Part shown: positions 1-9,254 of the stretch, one piece after another | Position numbering within the stretch: the stretch's first letter is position 1 | Layout of the letters: each line of letters begins with the position of its first letter | Assembly (NCBI GenBank): GCA_964195605.1 | Contig: CAXMSA010000002.1 | Coordinates: 608-64,607, forward strand | DNA from: an uncultured Amylibacter sp. | GTDB taxonomy: Bacteria; Pseudomonadota; Alphaproteobacteria; Rhodobacterales; Rhodobacteraceae | DNA: 64,000 nucleotides | Reading direction: 5' to 3' | Program-made: the position numbers and the translations under genes | Notes under the pieces: model-generated | Databases searched by the model: none | The model's input: the letters and a program-made list of their open reading frames with translations, nothing else | Told to the model about the DNA's origin: nothing

Positions 1-908
1 CCCATATCAATCCGCGCCTCTTTGGTGGCAGATGCCATATGCGGTAGCAGCATCACGTTGTCGCGTCCGCATAGGCGTGGGTCAACTTCGCTGCCTTTCT
101 CAAAGACATCCAATCCAGCCCCAGCCAAACGTCCGCTTTCTAATGCGTCTATCAGGGCGGTTTCGTCAATCACTGAACCGCGCGCCGTGTTGATGACAAA
201 AGCACTTGGTTGTAGCATCTGCAAACGTTTCGTATTCAATAAATGATGGGTTTCAGGGGTGTTTGGGCAATGCACTGACAATACATCTGCCATCGGCAGC
301 ATGTCGTCGAGCTTTTCGATAAAGCTTGCATTCAAGTTACGTTCAATTTCAGGGTGCACGGGCTTGCGGTTATGATAAACTACCTTCATCCCAAACGCAT
401 TGGCGCGGCGCGCCACGGCCATACCAACGCGGCCCATGCCGATGATGGCCAGTGTTTTGCCGCCAATAGAGGAACCCAAAAATGCAGAAGGCGCCCAGCC
501 TTGCCATTTGCCTGATTGCAATGCGGCCGAGCCTTCTTTGAAGCGGCGCATCACGGTCAGGATCAAGGCCAGCGTCATATCGGCGCTGTCTTCAGATAAC
601 AGGCCGGGCGTGTTGGTGACCATGATCCCGTGCGCCTTGGCGGCCTCTATATCAATATGGTCATAGCCTGAACCATAGTTGGTGATCAGTTTCAGTTGCG
701 CGCCAGCCTTGGCCAGCGTTTTGGCATCAAGATTATCGCTAAGTGTCGGCACCAGAACATCAGCAGTTTGCAACGCATTAACCAATTGGGCGTGGGTGAA
801 AGGCGTGTCTGTTACATTCAATTTAGCATCAAACAATTCGGACAGTCGGCTTTCAACTGTCTCTGGCAACCGTCGCGTCACGACAACACTTAGTTTGGAA
901 TTGGACAT
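1..908 (-). CDS. D-isomer 2-hydroxyacid dehydrogenase (glyoxylate/hydroxypyruvate reductase-like), runs off the window edge
   Basis: Manual minus-strand translation from ATG at 908: MSNSKLSVVVTRRLPETVESRLSELFDA..., with later NAD-binding GMGRVG and HCPNTPETHHLLN segments typical of the family. No stop codon inside the window, so it is absent from the ORF track. Confidence 0.9.
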   Translation of the reverse strand, partial: MSNSKLSVVVTRRLPETVESRLSELFDAKLNVTDTPFTHAQLVNALQTADVLVPTLSDNLDAKTLAKAGAQLKLITNYGSGYDHIDIEAAKAHGIMVTNTPGLLSEDSADMTLALILTVMRRFKEGSAALQSGKWQGWAPSAFLGSSIGGKTLAIIGMGRVGMAVARRANAFGMKVVYHNRKPVHPEIERNLNASFIEKLDDMLPMADVLSVHCPNTPETHHLLNTKRLQMLQPSAFVINTARGSVIDETALIDALESGRLAGAGLDVFEKGSEVDPRLCGRDNVMLLPHMASATKEARIDM

Positions 909-1023
909 CATTCACCTATATGGCTGGATTTCTTTTGTCTATTCTGGCAAATTTTAAGACACAAGAACAGGGCGAAACAACCAGCCTTGTCAAAAAACAC
1001 TTTGGCCAGAGCAGGCATGTAAA

Positions 1024-1536
1024 ATGGTACAGTTGAATATGAAACCCCTTTTATTGGGTGTTATGGTAGCTATTCTGGCGGGGTTTCCTGCTATGACAGC
1101 GGCAACAGAACGTGGTGCCGTGACTAATTTGCTGTTGCCCCGGTTTGTTTCAATGAAAGCAAAACAGGGTAATGCGCGGCGGGGCCCGGGTTTGACATAC
1201 CGTATTGACTGGGTTTTCCAGCATATTAACACGCCGCTTCTGATTACTGCTGAATTTGGCCATTGGCGGCGAGTGCAAGACAAAGACGGGCAAGGTGGTT
1301 GGATGCATTACGCGCTTTTATCGGGTTCACGCACAGTTATTGTGAATAAGCCGGATATAACGTTGCGCATTAAGCCAAACCTGCAAGCCGCCCCTGCTGC
1401 CTATGCGCAAGAGGGAGCGATTGTCTTGCTGAATGAATGTTTGCCGGAATGGTGTTCTATTTCAGCAAAAGGCGACGAAAGCTGGGCGTTGAAAACCGAC
1501 ATATGGGGGGTTGGGGCGGATGAGTTACGTGATTAG
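1024..1536 (+). CDS. Exported bacterial SH3-domain protein (tandem SH3_4-like)
   Basis: N-terminal signal-like stretch, then LPRFVSMK..NARRGPG..YRIDW..GHWRRVQDKDGQGGWMH, the conserved alphaproteobacterial SH3 protein pattern. Confidence 0.8.
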   Translation: MVQLNMKPLLLGVMVAILAGFPAMTAATERGAVTNLLLPRFVSMKAKQGNARRGPGLTYRIDWVFQHINTPLLITAEFGHWRRVQDKDGQGGWMHYALLSGSRTVIVNKPDITLRIKPNLQAAPAAYAQEGAIVLLNECLPEWCSISAKGDESWALKTDIWGVGADELRD

Positions 1537-1639
1537 AACGTTTCGACTTAATGTTGAAACGCAATTTCCTGCCTCTCGCTTATGCTCGAACGGGATTTTC
1601 GTTCCGTGATGATTCAAGGTAAAGTCGAAACGCTATAAT
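1532..1639. repeat. 27-bp imperfect terminal inverted repeats (22/27 match) flanking a 54-bp core; MITE-like element or long hairpin
   Basis: 1532-1558 ATTAGAACGTTTCGACTTAATGTTGAA matches the reverse complement of 1613-1639; lies between convergent genes. Confidence 0.55.
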
Positions 1640-1645
1640 TAGGCT

Positions 1646-3670
1646 TTAAGCCAATCCACGCCCTTTCAACAAAGCATCAACCTTGGGTAGTGACCCGCGA
1701 AAGCCAAGATAGAGTTCTTCTGCATCCTTGGAACCGCCCGTCGCAAAGATATTGTCATGCAGGCGTTTTGCGGTATCCGCATCAAAAGGATCTCCGGCCT
1801 CGCGAAAGGCGGCAAAGGCATCTTCATCCATCACCTCTGACCACATGTAGCTGTAATAGGCACTGGAATAACTGTCGCCTGAAAACACATGGGCGAAATG
1901 CGGCGTGGCGTGGCGCATGGTGATAGCGGCAGGCATGCCGATATTGTCCAAAATCTCGGCCTGTTTTTGCATCGGGTCGCTGGGCGGGCTTTGGGTGTGA
2001 AAAGCCAGATCAACTAAAGCGCTGGCGGTATATTCCACCGTAGCAAAGCCCTGATCGAAATTGTCGGCAGCCAGCAAGCGTTGCAAAAGCTCTGCGGGGA
2101 TGGTTTCACCTGTGTCTGCGTGGCGGGCATATTGTTCCAGTACTTCGGGTACAGACAGCCAGTGTTCATAAAGCTGGCTGGGCAGTTCGACAAAATCGCG
2201 GGCCACAGATGTGCCAGAGATAAAGCCGTAGGTTACATCCGACAGCATTGAATGCAGCGCATGGCCGAACTCGTGAAACAAGGTGCGGGCATCGTCAAAG
2301 GTTAGCAAGCAGGGCTGTCCCTTTGGGGCTTTGGCGAAATTGCAGACATTCACAGTGATCGGGCGTATATCACCATCCAACGCTGATTGTGCGCGAAAAC
2401 GCGAGCACCATGCACCGGATCGTTTGGAAGAGCGTGCGAAATAATCGCCAATAAACACCGCCATGTGACGGTCGCCCTTCTTTACGTCCCAAGCGCGGGC
2501 GTCGGCGTGGTAAAGTGGGGCGTCTATCGGCGTGAAGCTTAACCCGAACAGCTTGTTGGCGCAGTCAAACGCGGCTTCAATCATTTGATCTAATTGGAAG
2601 TAGGGCTTCAGTTCAGCCTCATCCAGATCATGTTCAGCTTTACGCAGCTTTTCCGCGTAATAACGCCAGTCCCATGGGGCAAGATCGGCCTGAATATCAT
2701 CAGCGCGCATCAGCTTTGTCAGTTTTTCAGCATCCCTGTTGGCCGCAGCTTTTGCAGGTTCCCACACCGCCATCAGCAAATCCCGTACTGCCTCAGGGGT
2801 TTTGGCCATTTCTGTAGCCAGCTTAAAGTCTGAAAAAGTGTCATAACCCAACAACTGCGCCCGCTCTTGGCGCAGTTTCAGGGTTTCTGTAACAATTGCG
2901 CGATTATCCGTATCGCCACCATTTTCACCCCGCGCAACCCAAGCTTTAAACGCAACCGCGCGCAGATCACGGCGCGGTGAGAATTGTAAAAACGGCACGA
3001 TCAGAGAGCGTGACAAAGTGATGATATAGCCTGAAAGATCACGCTCTTTGGCGGCTTCATGGGCGGCTGCGGTCAGAAAGTCAGGGCATCCGGCCAGATC
3101 ATCCAAGGACAATTCCATAAACCATGTGCGTTCATCGGATAAAAGATTTTGGGTGAACGCGGTTCCCAACTCTGCCAACCGTTGTGAAATAGCCGCCAAC
3201 TGATCCCGCGCGTCACCCACAAGTTTTGCGCCTGACCGCACGAACATTTCATGGTATAATTCCAGCACACGTAATTGTTCGCCCGTTAATTCCAGATCAT
3301 TGCGGCCTTGATAAAGCGCATCAACGCGTCCGAACAGTTTGGCATTCATCATGGTTTCTGAATTAAACGCCGCCCATTTGGGCGCAAGATCGCGTTGCAA
3401 AACTTCCAGCACCTCGTTGGAGTTAGAGCCTGCAAGGTTCATGAAAACCCCGGCCACACGCTCCATGAAATGATCCGCGCGTTCCAGTGCCTCGATGGTG
3501 TTGGTAAATGTCGGGGCGTCTTGCGTGTCAGCCACCGCATTCACTGCTGCACGGGACTGTTTGAAGGCTTCTTCAAAGGCGGGTGCGAAATGTGCGTCGT
3601 TGATCTGGTCAAAAGGCGGTATTTCAAACGGGGTGGTCCATGTGGCGAAGAAGGGGTTTGTGGTGGTCAT
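1646..3670 (-). CDS. dcp: M3 family metallopeptidase (peptidyl-dipeptidase Dcp)
   Basis: HEFGH zinc motif, RDFVELPSQLYEHW, N-terminal NPFF..W.TPF..PPF. Likely start ATG 3670; the ORF track extends to 3748. Confidence 0.9.
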   Translation of the reverse strand: MTTTNPFFATWTTPFEIPPFDQINDAHFAPAFEEAFKQSRAAVNAVADTQDAPTFTNTIEALERADHFMERVAGVFMNLAGSNSNEVLEVLQRDLAPKWAAFNSETMMNAKLFGRVDALYQGRNDLELTGEQLRVLELYHEMFVRSGAKLVGDARDQLAAISQRLAELGTAFTQNLLSDERTWFMELSLDDLAGCPDFLTAAAHEAAKERDLSGYIITLSRSLIVPFLQFSPRRDLRAVAFKAWVARGENGGDTDNRAIVTETLKLRQERAQLLGYDTFSDFKLATEMAKTPEAVRDLLMAVWEPAKAAANRDAEKLTKLMRADDIQADLAPWDWRYYAEKLRKAEHDLDEAELKPYFQLDQMIEAAFDCANKLFGLSFTPIDAPLYHADARAWDVKKGDRHMAVFIGDYFARSSKRSGAWCSRFRAQSALDGDIRPITVNVCNFAKAPKGQPCLLTFDDARTLFHEFGHALHSMLSDVTYGFISGTSVARDFVELPSQLYEHWLSVPEVLEQYARHADTGETIPAELLQRLLAADNFDQGFATVEYTASALVDLAFHTQSPPSDPMQKQAEILDNIGMPAAITMRHATPHFAHVFSGDSYSSAYYSYMWSEVMDEDAFAAFREAGDPFDADTAKRLHDNIFATGGSKDAEELYLGFRGSLPKVDALLKGRGLA

Positions 3671-3844
3671 GAGGTTCTCCAGTATAGTTGTGGCAAAACA
3701 TAGCCCTGCAGGGGCGAAGGTCAACAGACCTATGCATTTTGCGACCACTATGTCGTTTTTTCCTCAAATAAGTCGTCGAACTCTAGCCCCTTGCGCATAA
3801 ATTTTGCAATCTAACGATATTATTCAATTTAAGGAATCGATCCG

Positions 3845-6337
3845 ATGAAAACCCATGTGAAAGCTCTGGTTGTTGGTGGTGGTGCTGTTGGTACAGGCAT
3901 TGCATATCATTTAGCGAAATACGGCTGGGATGATGTGATGTTGCTGGAACGCGATGAGCTGACTTCGGGGTCAACTTGGCACGCCGCTGGATTGTTGCCT
4001 TTGTTCAACATGGGTTATGCTACCACGCATTTGCATGATTATTCGGTTGAGTTTTATAAGTCGCTTGAGGCTGAAACTGGTCTGAACGCGGGATTTTCGA
4101 TTGTTGGCAACCTGCGCATGGCCCAAACCAAAGATCGTATGGATGAATATATGCTGTATGGTTCCGTCGCTGAAACTGTGGGCATTGAGTATCACCACCT
4201 GACGCCTAATGAGATCAAGGAACGCTGGCCACTTATTCGCACCGATGATTTGGAGGGTGCTATTTATCACCCGGGTGATGGCTATATCAACCCCGCCGAC
4301 GTGACCATGGCTATGGCCAAAGGCGCGCGCCAACGCGGTGTGACTATTGAACGGAAATGGCAGGTTGACGGGTACGAATGGACAGGGTCCGAATGGAAAG
4401 TTACCTGCACCAAGATGGTGGAAAAGGGCGGCAATCTGGTACCATCCGAAGAGCAAGTGATCATCACGGCTGAACATGTTGTGACGGCTACGGGCAACCA
4501 CGCGCAACGCACGGCACAATTACTGGGCATTAAAATCCCTGCAATCCCTGTGGAACACCAGTTTATTGTCACCGATAAAGACCCTGCTTTGGTGCAGTGG
4601 CGCTCAAACGGTAATCCTGAACACCCTGTGATCCGCGACGCGGATGCGCAATCTTATGTGCGTGAAGAACGTGGCGGTTGGATTTTGGGTGTTTATGAGG
4701 CCAACGCGCCGGCACGGTTTAAATACGGTGTGCCAGACAGCTTTCGCGCGGATCTATTCCCGCTGGAACTGGAACGCATCGAAGAACAATATATGGCGAT
4801 GATCCACAGGATGCCATCTTGTGAAGAAAGCGGCTTGAAAGACGATTTCAACGGCCCGATTTGCTACACACCTGATGGCAACCCGCTGGTGGGCCCAGCC
4901 CCCGGCCTGCGTAATATGTGGCTGGCGGAAGGCTTCTCTTTTGGCATTACCGCAGCAGGTGGTGTTGGCAATTATATGGCGCAAATGATGGTCGAAGGTG
5001 AGGCCGAGATCGATATGGCGTCACTTGACCCGAAACGCTACGGCTCTTGGATGACGACGGAATACGCCTCTGTGAAGAATGAGGAATGCTATGAGCACGT
5101 CTACATTTTGCACCACCCCGATGAAGAACGTGAAGCGGCACGCGGCCTTCGCACATCACCCGCTTATGACCGCCAAAAAGCGGCAGGCGCACAGTTTGGC
5201 CAAGTCAACGGCTGGGAGCGGCCTAATTATTACGCGCCTAACGGCTTTGACGATAACGCCGCACGGTCTTTTCGCCGTGGTGGTTGGTGGCAATATGTTG
5301 TGGAAGAGGCCAAAGCCATTCGTGAGGGCGTAGGCCTGATCGATGCGACTGCATTCACCAAGCATGTGGTCAAGGGGCCGGGTGCGACGCAATTCCTGGA
5401 TTGGTTTACGTGTAACAAGCTGCCGAAAATTGGCCGTATCAACCTAACTTACGCGCTGACATCGCACGGCACCACACGCACTGAATACACTATCGTGCGC
5501 AATGGCGAGGATGATTATTATCTTGTCTCTGCGGGTGCTTGGACAGCTTATGACGCGGATTATCTGCGCAAAGCCGCTGCCGATAAGGCCGAAGAGTTCG
5601 GCTATATCGAAATTCAGGATGTGACCAATCAATGGGGTGTGTTTGCGATTGCAGGGCCAAAAACCCGTGATGTTTTGAACAAGATCATCAAGGATGTTGA
5701 TCCTGTAACAGCGCTTAGCAACAAACACTTTCCGTGGTTGTCTGCACGCCAGATTGAACTGGGCATGTGCCCGGTCAATGCTATTCGTGTGGCTTATACT
5801 GGTGAGCTGGGTTGGGAATTGCACCACCCGATTGAGATGCAAAACTACCTATATGACTTGATCATGGAAGCGGGTGCCGATGTTGGCATCAAACTGGTGG
5901 GTGCGCGGGCGCAAAACTGGTTACGGCAAGAAAAATCCTACCGCGCGTTTGGTACCGAGTTGGGCCGTGATGCAACACCTGCCGAAGCTGATTTGCCACG
6001 TTTCATTGATCTGTCAAAAGATTTCTACGGCAAAGAGGCGATGGAAGCGAAGGGCATCCGTTCAAAATGTGTGACCCTGTTGATCGATGGACCTGCGGAC
6101 GCAGACCCATGGGGGCGTGAAGCACTTTATGACGGCGACAAAAAAGTCGGGCGTTTAACCTCCGGCGGGTATTCGGTTGCGTTCGAAAAATCAATCGGCA
6201 TGGGTTATCTGCCACCTGAATTGGCGGTTATGGGTCAAAAGCTGAAGGTCAGAATGTTCCGTGAATTGTGGGATGCGGAAGTGGTTGAAGACAGCCCTTA
6301 CAATCCAAATAATTCTACGATCAGGGTGGATGGGTAA
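3845..6337 (+). CDS. GcvT-family FAD-dependent oxidoreductase (dimethylglycine/sarcosine dehydrogenase-like)
   Basis: GGGAVG FAD motif, GSTWHAAG (covalent-FAD His), C-terminal aminomethyltransferase/THF domain (YTGELGWELH); 830 aa. Confidence 0.88.
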   Translation: MKTHVKALVVGGGAVGTGIAYHLAKYGWDDVMLLERDELTSGSTWHAAGLLPLFNMGYATTHLHDYSVEFYKSLEAETGLNAGFSIVGNLRMAQTKDRMDEYMLYGSVAETVGIEYHHLTPNEIKERWPLIRTDDLEGAIYHPGDGYINPADVTMAMAKGARQRGVTIERKWQVDGYEWTGSEWKVTCTKMVEKGGNLVPSEEQVIITAEHVVTATGNHAQRTAQLLGIKIPAIPVEHQFIVTDKDPALVQWRSNGNPEHPVIRDADAQSYVREERGGWILGVYEANAPARFKYGVPDSFRADLFPLELERIEEQYMAMIHRMPSCEESGLKDDFNGPICYTPDGNPLVGPAPGLRNMWLAEGFSFGITAAGGVGNYMAQMMVEGEAEIDMASLDPKRYGSWMTTEYASVKNEECYEHVYILHHPDEEREAARGLRTSPAYDRQKAAGAQFGQVNGWERPNYYAPNGFDDNAARSFRRGGWWQYVVEEAKAIREGVGLIDATAFTKHVVKGPGATQFLDWFTCNKLPKIGRINLTYALTSHGTTRTEYTIVRNGEDDYYLVSAGAWTAYDADYLRKAAADKAEEFGYIEIQDVTNQWGVFAIAGPKTRDVLNKIIKDVDPVTALSNKHFPWLSARQIELGMCPVNAIRVAYTGELGWELHHPIEMQNYLYDLIMEAGADVGIKLVGARAQNWLRQEKSYRAFGTELGRDATPAEADLPRFIDLSKDFYGKEAMEAKGIRSKCVTLLIDGPADADPWGREALYDGDKKVGRLTSGGYSVAFEKSIGMGYLPPELAVMGQKLKVRMFRELWDAEVVEDSPYNPNNSTIRVDG

Positions 6338-6365
6338 ACCACTCCGTATCACTACCGATTGACGT

Positions 6366-6400
6366 AAGAGCCGCGGCGGATAAAGCTGCGGCTCTTTCTT
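6366..6400 (+). terminator. Rho-independent terminator
   Basis: Stem AAGAGCCGCGGC/GCTGCGGCTCTT, 7-nt loop, followed by TCTT, just after the oxidoreductase stop. Confidence 0.75.
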
Positions 6401-6401
6401 A

Positions 6402-7268
6402 TTGGATCCCCCCATGCCGCAACACGCGCTATACAAATCCGTTGCCATCATGTTTCTGGCCATGACCATGATTGTAATTGGTGATGCGGTGGGTAAGATA
6501 CTATCCGCTTCGGGGTTTCGCCCTTTGTTTATCGCATGGGCGCGGTTTGCGCTGGGCGCGTTGCTTATTTTGCCATTCAGTGGTCTAACACGCGCAGAGC
6601 TGCCGAACTTGCTGAACAGGTTCGTCATTTTGCGCGCCTGCTTTATTATAGGGGGGGTAAGTTCGATCCTGACTGCGCTGAAAACCGAGCCGATTGCCAA
6701 TGTTTATGGTGGGTTCTTCATTGGCCCCGTGATCTCTTACATCCTGTCAGCTATAATCCTGAAAGAACGCATCACACTGTGGCGTAGTTTACTGTTGATG
6801 ATCAGTTTCATCGGTGTGCTTTTGGTTGTTAAACCGGGTTTCGGTATGACCCCCGGCATGGGCTTTGCGATACTTGCAGGCAGTTTTTACGGTGCTTTTC
6901 TAGTGGCCACACGCAGGTTGGCAGGCCAGTATCGCCCGCGGTTTTTGCTGGTCTCGCATTTGTTGATCGGGGCTGTTGTTCTGTTCCCTTTAAGCATTGG
7001 CCCAGTGCCGGAAATGACCCCTTTCCTGGGTGGTTTCATCATAATCAGTGCCATTGCCTCTGCGGTGGGTAATATGTTGTTGATCGTTGTAAGCAGAACA
7101 ACGCCTGCAAATGTTATGGCCCCATTGGTTTACAGCCAACTTATATCGGCCACGGTTGCCGGCGTGTTGATTTTTTCTGACTGGCCAGATTACTATAGTC
7201 TGGTCGGTTTAATGGTGATTATAATCGCGGGGGTATCCTCTTTCTGGTTGGCGCAACATGGAAAGTAG
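6402..7268 (+). CDS. DMT/EamA family transporter
   Basis: About 10 hydrophobic segments, two-repeat EamA layout (FIGP..LKERIT; APLVYSQL). Confidence 0.85.
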   Translation: MDPPMPQHALYKSVAIMFLAMTMIVIGDAVGKILSASGFRPLFIAWARFALGALLILPFSGLTRAELPNLLNRFVILRACFIIGGVSSILTALKTEPIANVYGGFFIGPVISYILSAIILKERITLWRSLLLMISFIGVLLVVKPGFGMTPGMGFAILAGSFYGAFLVATRRLAGQYRPRFLLVSHLLIGAVVLFPLSIGPVPEMTPFLGGFIIISAIASAVGNMLLIVVSRTTPANVMAPLVYSQLISATVAGVLIFSDWPDYYSLVGLMVIIIAGVSSFWLAQHGK

Positions 7269-7275
7269 GCCCTGC

Positions 7276-7438
7276 TTGTAAATTTACAAAATTTACAAGT
7301 TTACAAGCCAAGCTTTACACGACCCATACAAAAATACACGAAAAACCCTTGTTTTTCTTATATTTTCAACACTTCCCCGATCTAATTTTGTAAATATAGT
7401 CACAGAATATGACCCTGAGTCGTGACTGACTTTACAAA
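7276..7438. promoter_or_regulatory. Array of TTTACAA/TTGTAAA motifs upstream of aceA (candidate ScfR/RamB-family operator sites)
   Basis: Copies at 7276, 7283, 7292, 7300, 7314 (TTTACAC), 7387 and 7431, in both orientations. Confidence 0.55.
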
Positions 7439-7454
7439 ATCAAGGAACTGAAAA

Positions 7455-9038
7455 ATGCCTTACGATACGCAAAGCACAGAGTTGCAAAACCTGATCGCAC
7501 AGCACGGAACTGCTTGGGCGGCGATCAACCCTGAATATGTGGCACGCATGCGTGCGCAAAACAAATTTCAAACTGGCATTGATATTGCAAAATATACCGC
7601 CAAGATTATGCGCGAAGATATGGCCGCTTATGATGCGGACAGCTCACAATACACCCAGTCCTTGGGGTGCTGGCACGGGTTTATCGGCCAACAGAAAATG
7701 ATTTCGATCAAGAAGCATTTCGGTACAACCAAAGGTAAATACCTGTACTTGTCCGGTTGGATGATCGCGGCATTGCGTTCCGAGTTTGGCCCATTGCCTG
7801 ACCAAAGCATGCATGAAAAAAGCTCTGTACCTGCGTTAATCGAAGAGCTTTACACATTCTTACGTCAAGCGGATGCCCGTGAATTGGGGGGCTTGTTTCG
7901 TGCGTTGGATGCGGCATCTGATGCGGCTGCTAAAGCCGAAGTGCAAGCCAAGATCGACAATTTCGAAACCCACGTTGTGCCGATCATCGCTGACATTGAT
8001 GCAGGCTTTGGTAACGCGGAAGCGACATATCTGCTGGCCAAACAGATGATCGAAGCGGGTGCTTGTGCATTGCAAATCGAAAACCAAGTGTCAGATGAAA
8101 AACAATGTGGCCACCAAGACGGTAAAGTAACTGTACCGCACGAAGATTTTCTAGCGAAAATCCGTGCCTGTCGCTACGCCTTCCTTGAATTGGGTGTGGA
8201 TGACGGTGTTATTGTTGCTCGTACAGACAGCCTAGGCGCTGGCCTAACCAAACAAATCGCAGTTACCAACACACCAGGCGATCTGGGTGATCAATACAAC
8301 AGTTTTCTGGATTGTGACGAAGTGACTTTGGATGATATGGCCAATGGTGATCTGGTAATCAAACAAGACGGAAAGTTGATGCGCCCGAAACGTCTGCCAT
8401 CAAACCTGTTCCAGTTCAAAGCCGGCACAGGCGTGGCCCGCTGCATTCTGGATAGTGTCACAAGCCTACAAAACGGTGCAGATATGATCTGGATTGAAAC
8501 TGAAAAACCGCATATCGGCCAAATCGGCGAGATGATCAATGAAGTGCGTAAAGCCGTACCTAACGCGAAGCTGGTTTATAACAACTCACCGAGCTTCAAC
8601 TGGACTTTGAGCTTCCGCCAGCAAATCTTTGACACATGGAATGATGAAGGCAAAGACGTGTCAGCTTATGACCGTGATGGGTTAATGTCTGTGGATTACG
8701 ATGGCACTGATCTGGCCACGGAAGCGGACGATAAAATCCGTACTTTCCAAGCTGATGCAGCACGTGACGCGGGTATTTTCCACCATCTGATCACCCTGCC
8801 GACATACCACACGGCAGCCCTGTCTACAGACAATCTGGCGAAAGATTACTTCGGTTCCGAAGGCATGCTGGGTTATGTGGCTGGCGTTCAACGCAAAGAA
8901 ATCCGCCAAGGCATTGCCTGTGTGAAACACCAGAATATGTCAGGTTCCGACATGGGCGATGATCACAAGGAATACTTCTCAGGTGACGCGGCCCTAAAAG
9001 CGGCTGGCGAAGACAACACGATGAACCAGTTCGGTTAA
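7455..9038 (+). CDS. aceA: Isocitrate lyase (long, Pseudomonas-type)
   Basis: YLYLSGW, DIDAGFG, and catalytic loop QVSDEKQCGHQDGK; 527 aa. Confidence 0.95.
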   Translation: MPYDTQSTELQNLIAQHGTAWAAINPEYVARMRAQNKFQTGIDIAKYTAKIMREDMAAYDADSSQYTQSLGCWHGFIGQQKMISIKKHFGTTKGKYLYLSGWMIAALRSEFGPLPDQSMHEKSSVPALIEELYTFLRQADARELGGLFRALDAASDAAAKAEVQAKIDNFETHVVPIIADIDAGFGNAEATYLLAKQMIEAGACALQIENQVSDEKQCGHQDGKVTVPHEDFLAKIRACRYAFLELGVDDGVIVARTDSLGAGLTKQIAVTNTPGDLGDQYNSFLDCDEVTLDDMANGDLVIKQDGKLMRPKRLPSNLFQFKAGTGVARCILDSVTSLQNGADMIWIETEKPHIGQIGEMINEVRKAVPNAKLVYNNSPSFNWTLSFRQQIFDTWNDEGKDVSAYDRDGLMSVDYDGTDLATEADDKIRTFQADAARDAGIFHHLITLPTYHTAALSTDNLAKDYFGSEGMLGYVAGVQRKEIRQGIACVKHQNMSGSDMGDDHKEYFSGDAALKAAGEDNTMNQFG

Positions 9039-9254
9039 CATACATAGTACCAAACCCTTTCTGAAGGGCCTTCGGGGGAAACCTTGCAGGCCTTTTACTT
9101 CTGTGGCCGTAAAACCAAGAACTATTACCTTCGTATGCTTGCCTCTTCAATTCACAAAATATTACCTATTTAAGATAGCGATTGACGTATTTTTTCAATA
9201 TGCTTTTGCTGGCGTTTAAGGCTTCACCATAAAGCCAGTGATACTATTTCAGGA

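Noticed and set aside
9140-9254. Pho box upstream of the PMH-like hydrolase (AATTCAC-AAA-ATATTAC)
   Set aside because: Half-sites are degenerate and 10 bp apart rather than 11; not supportable.
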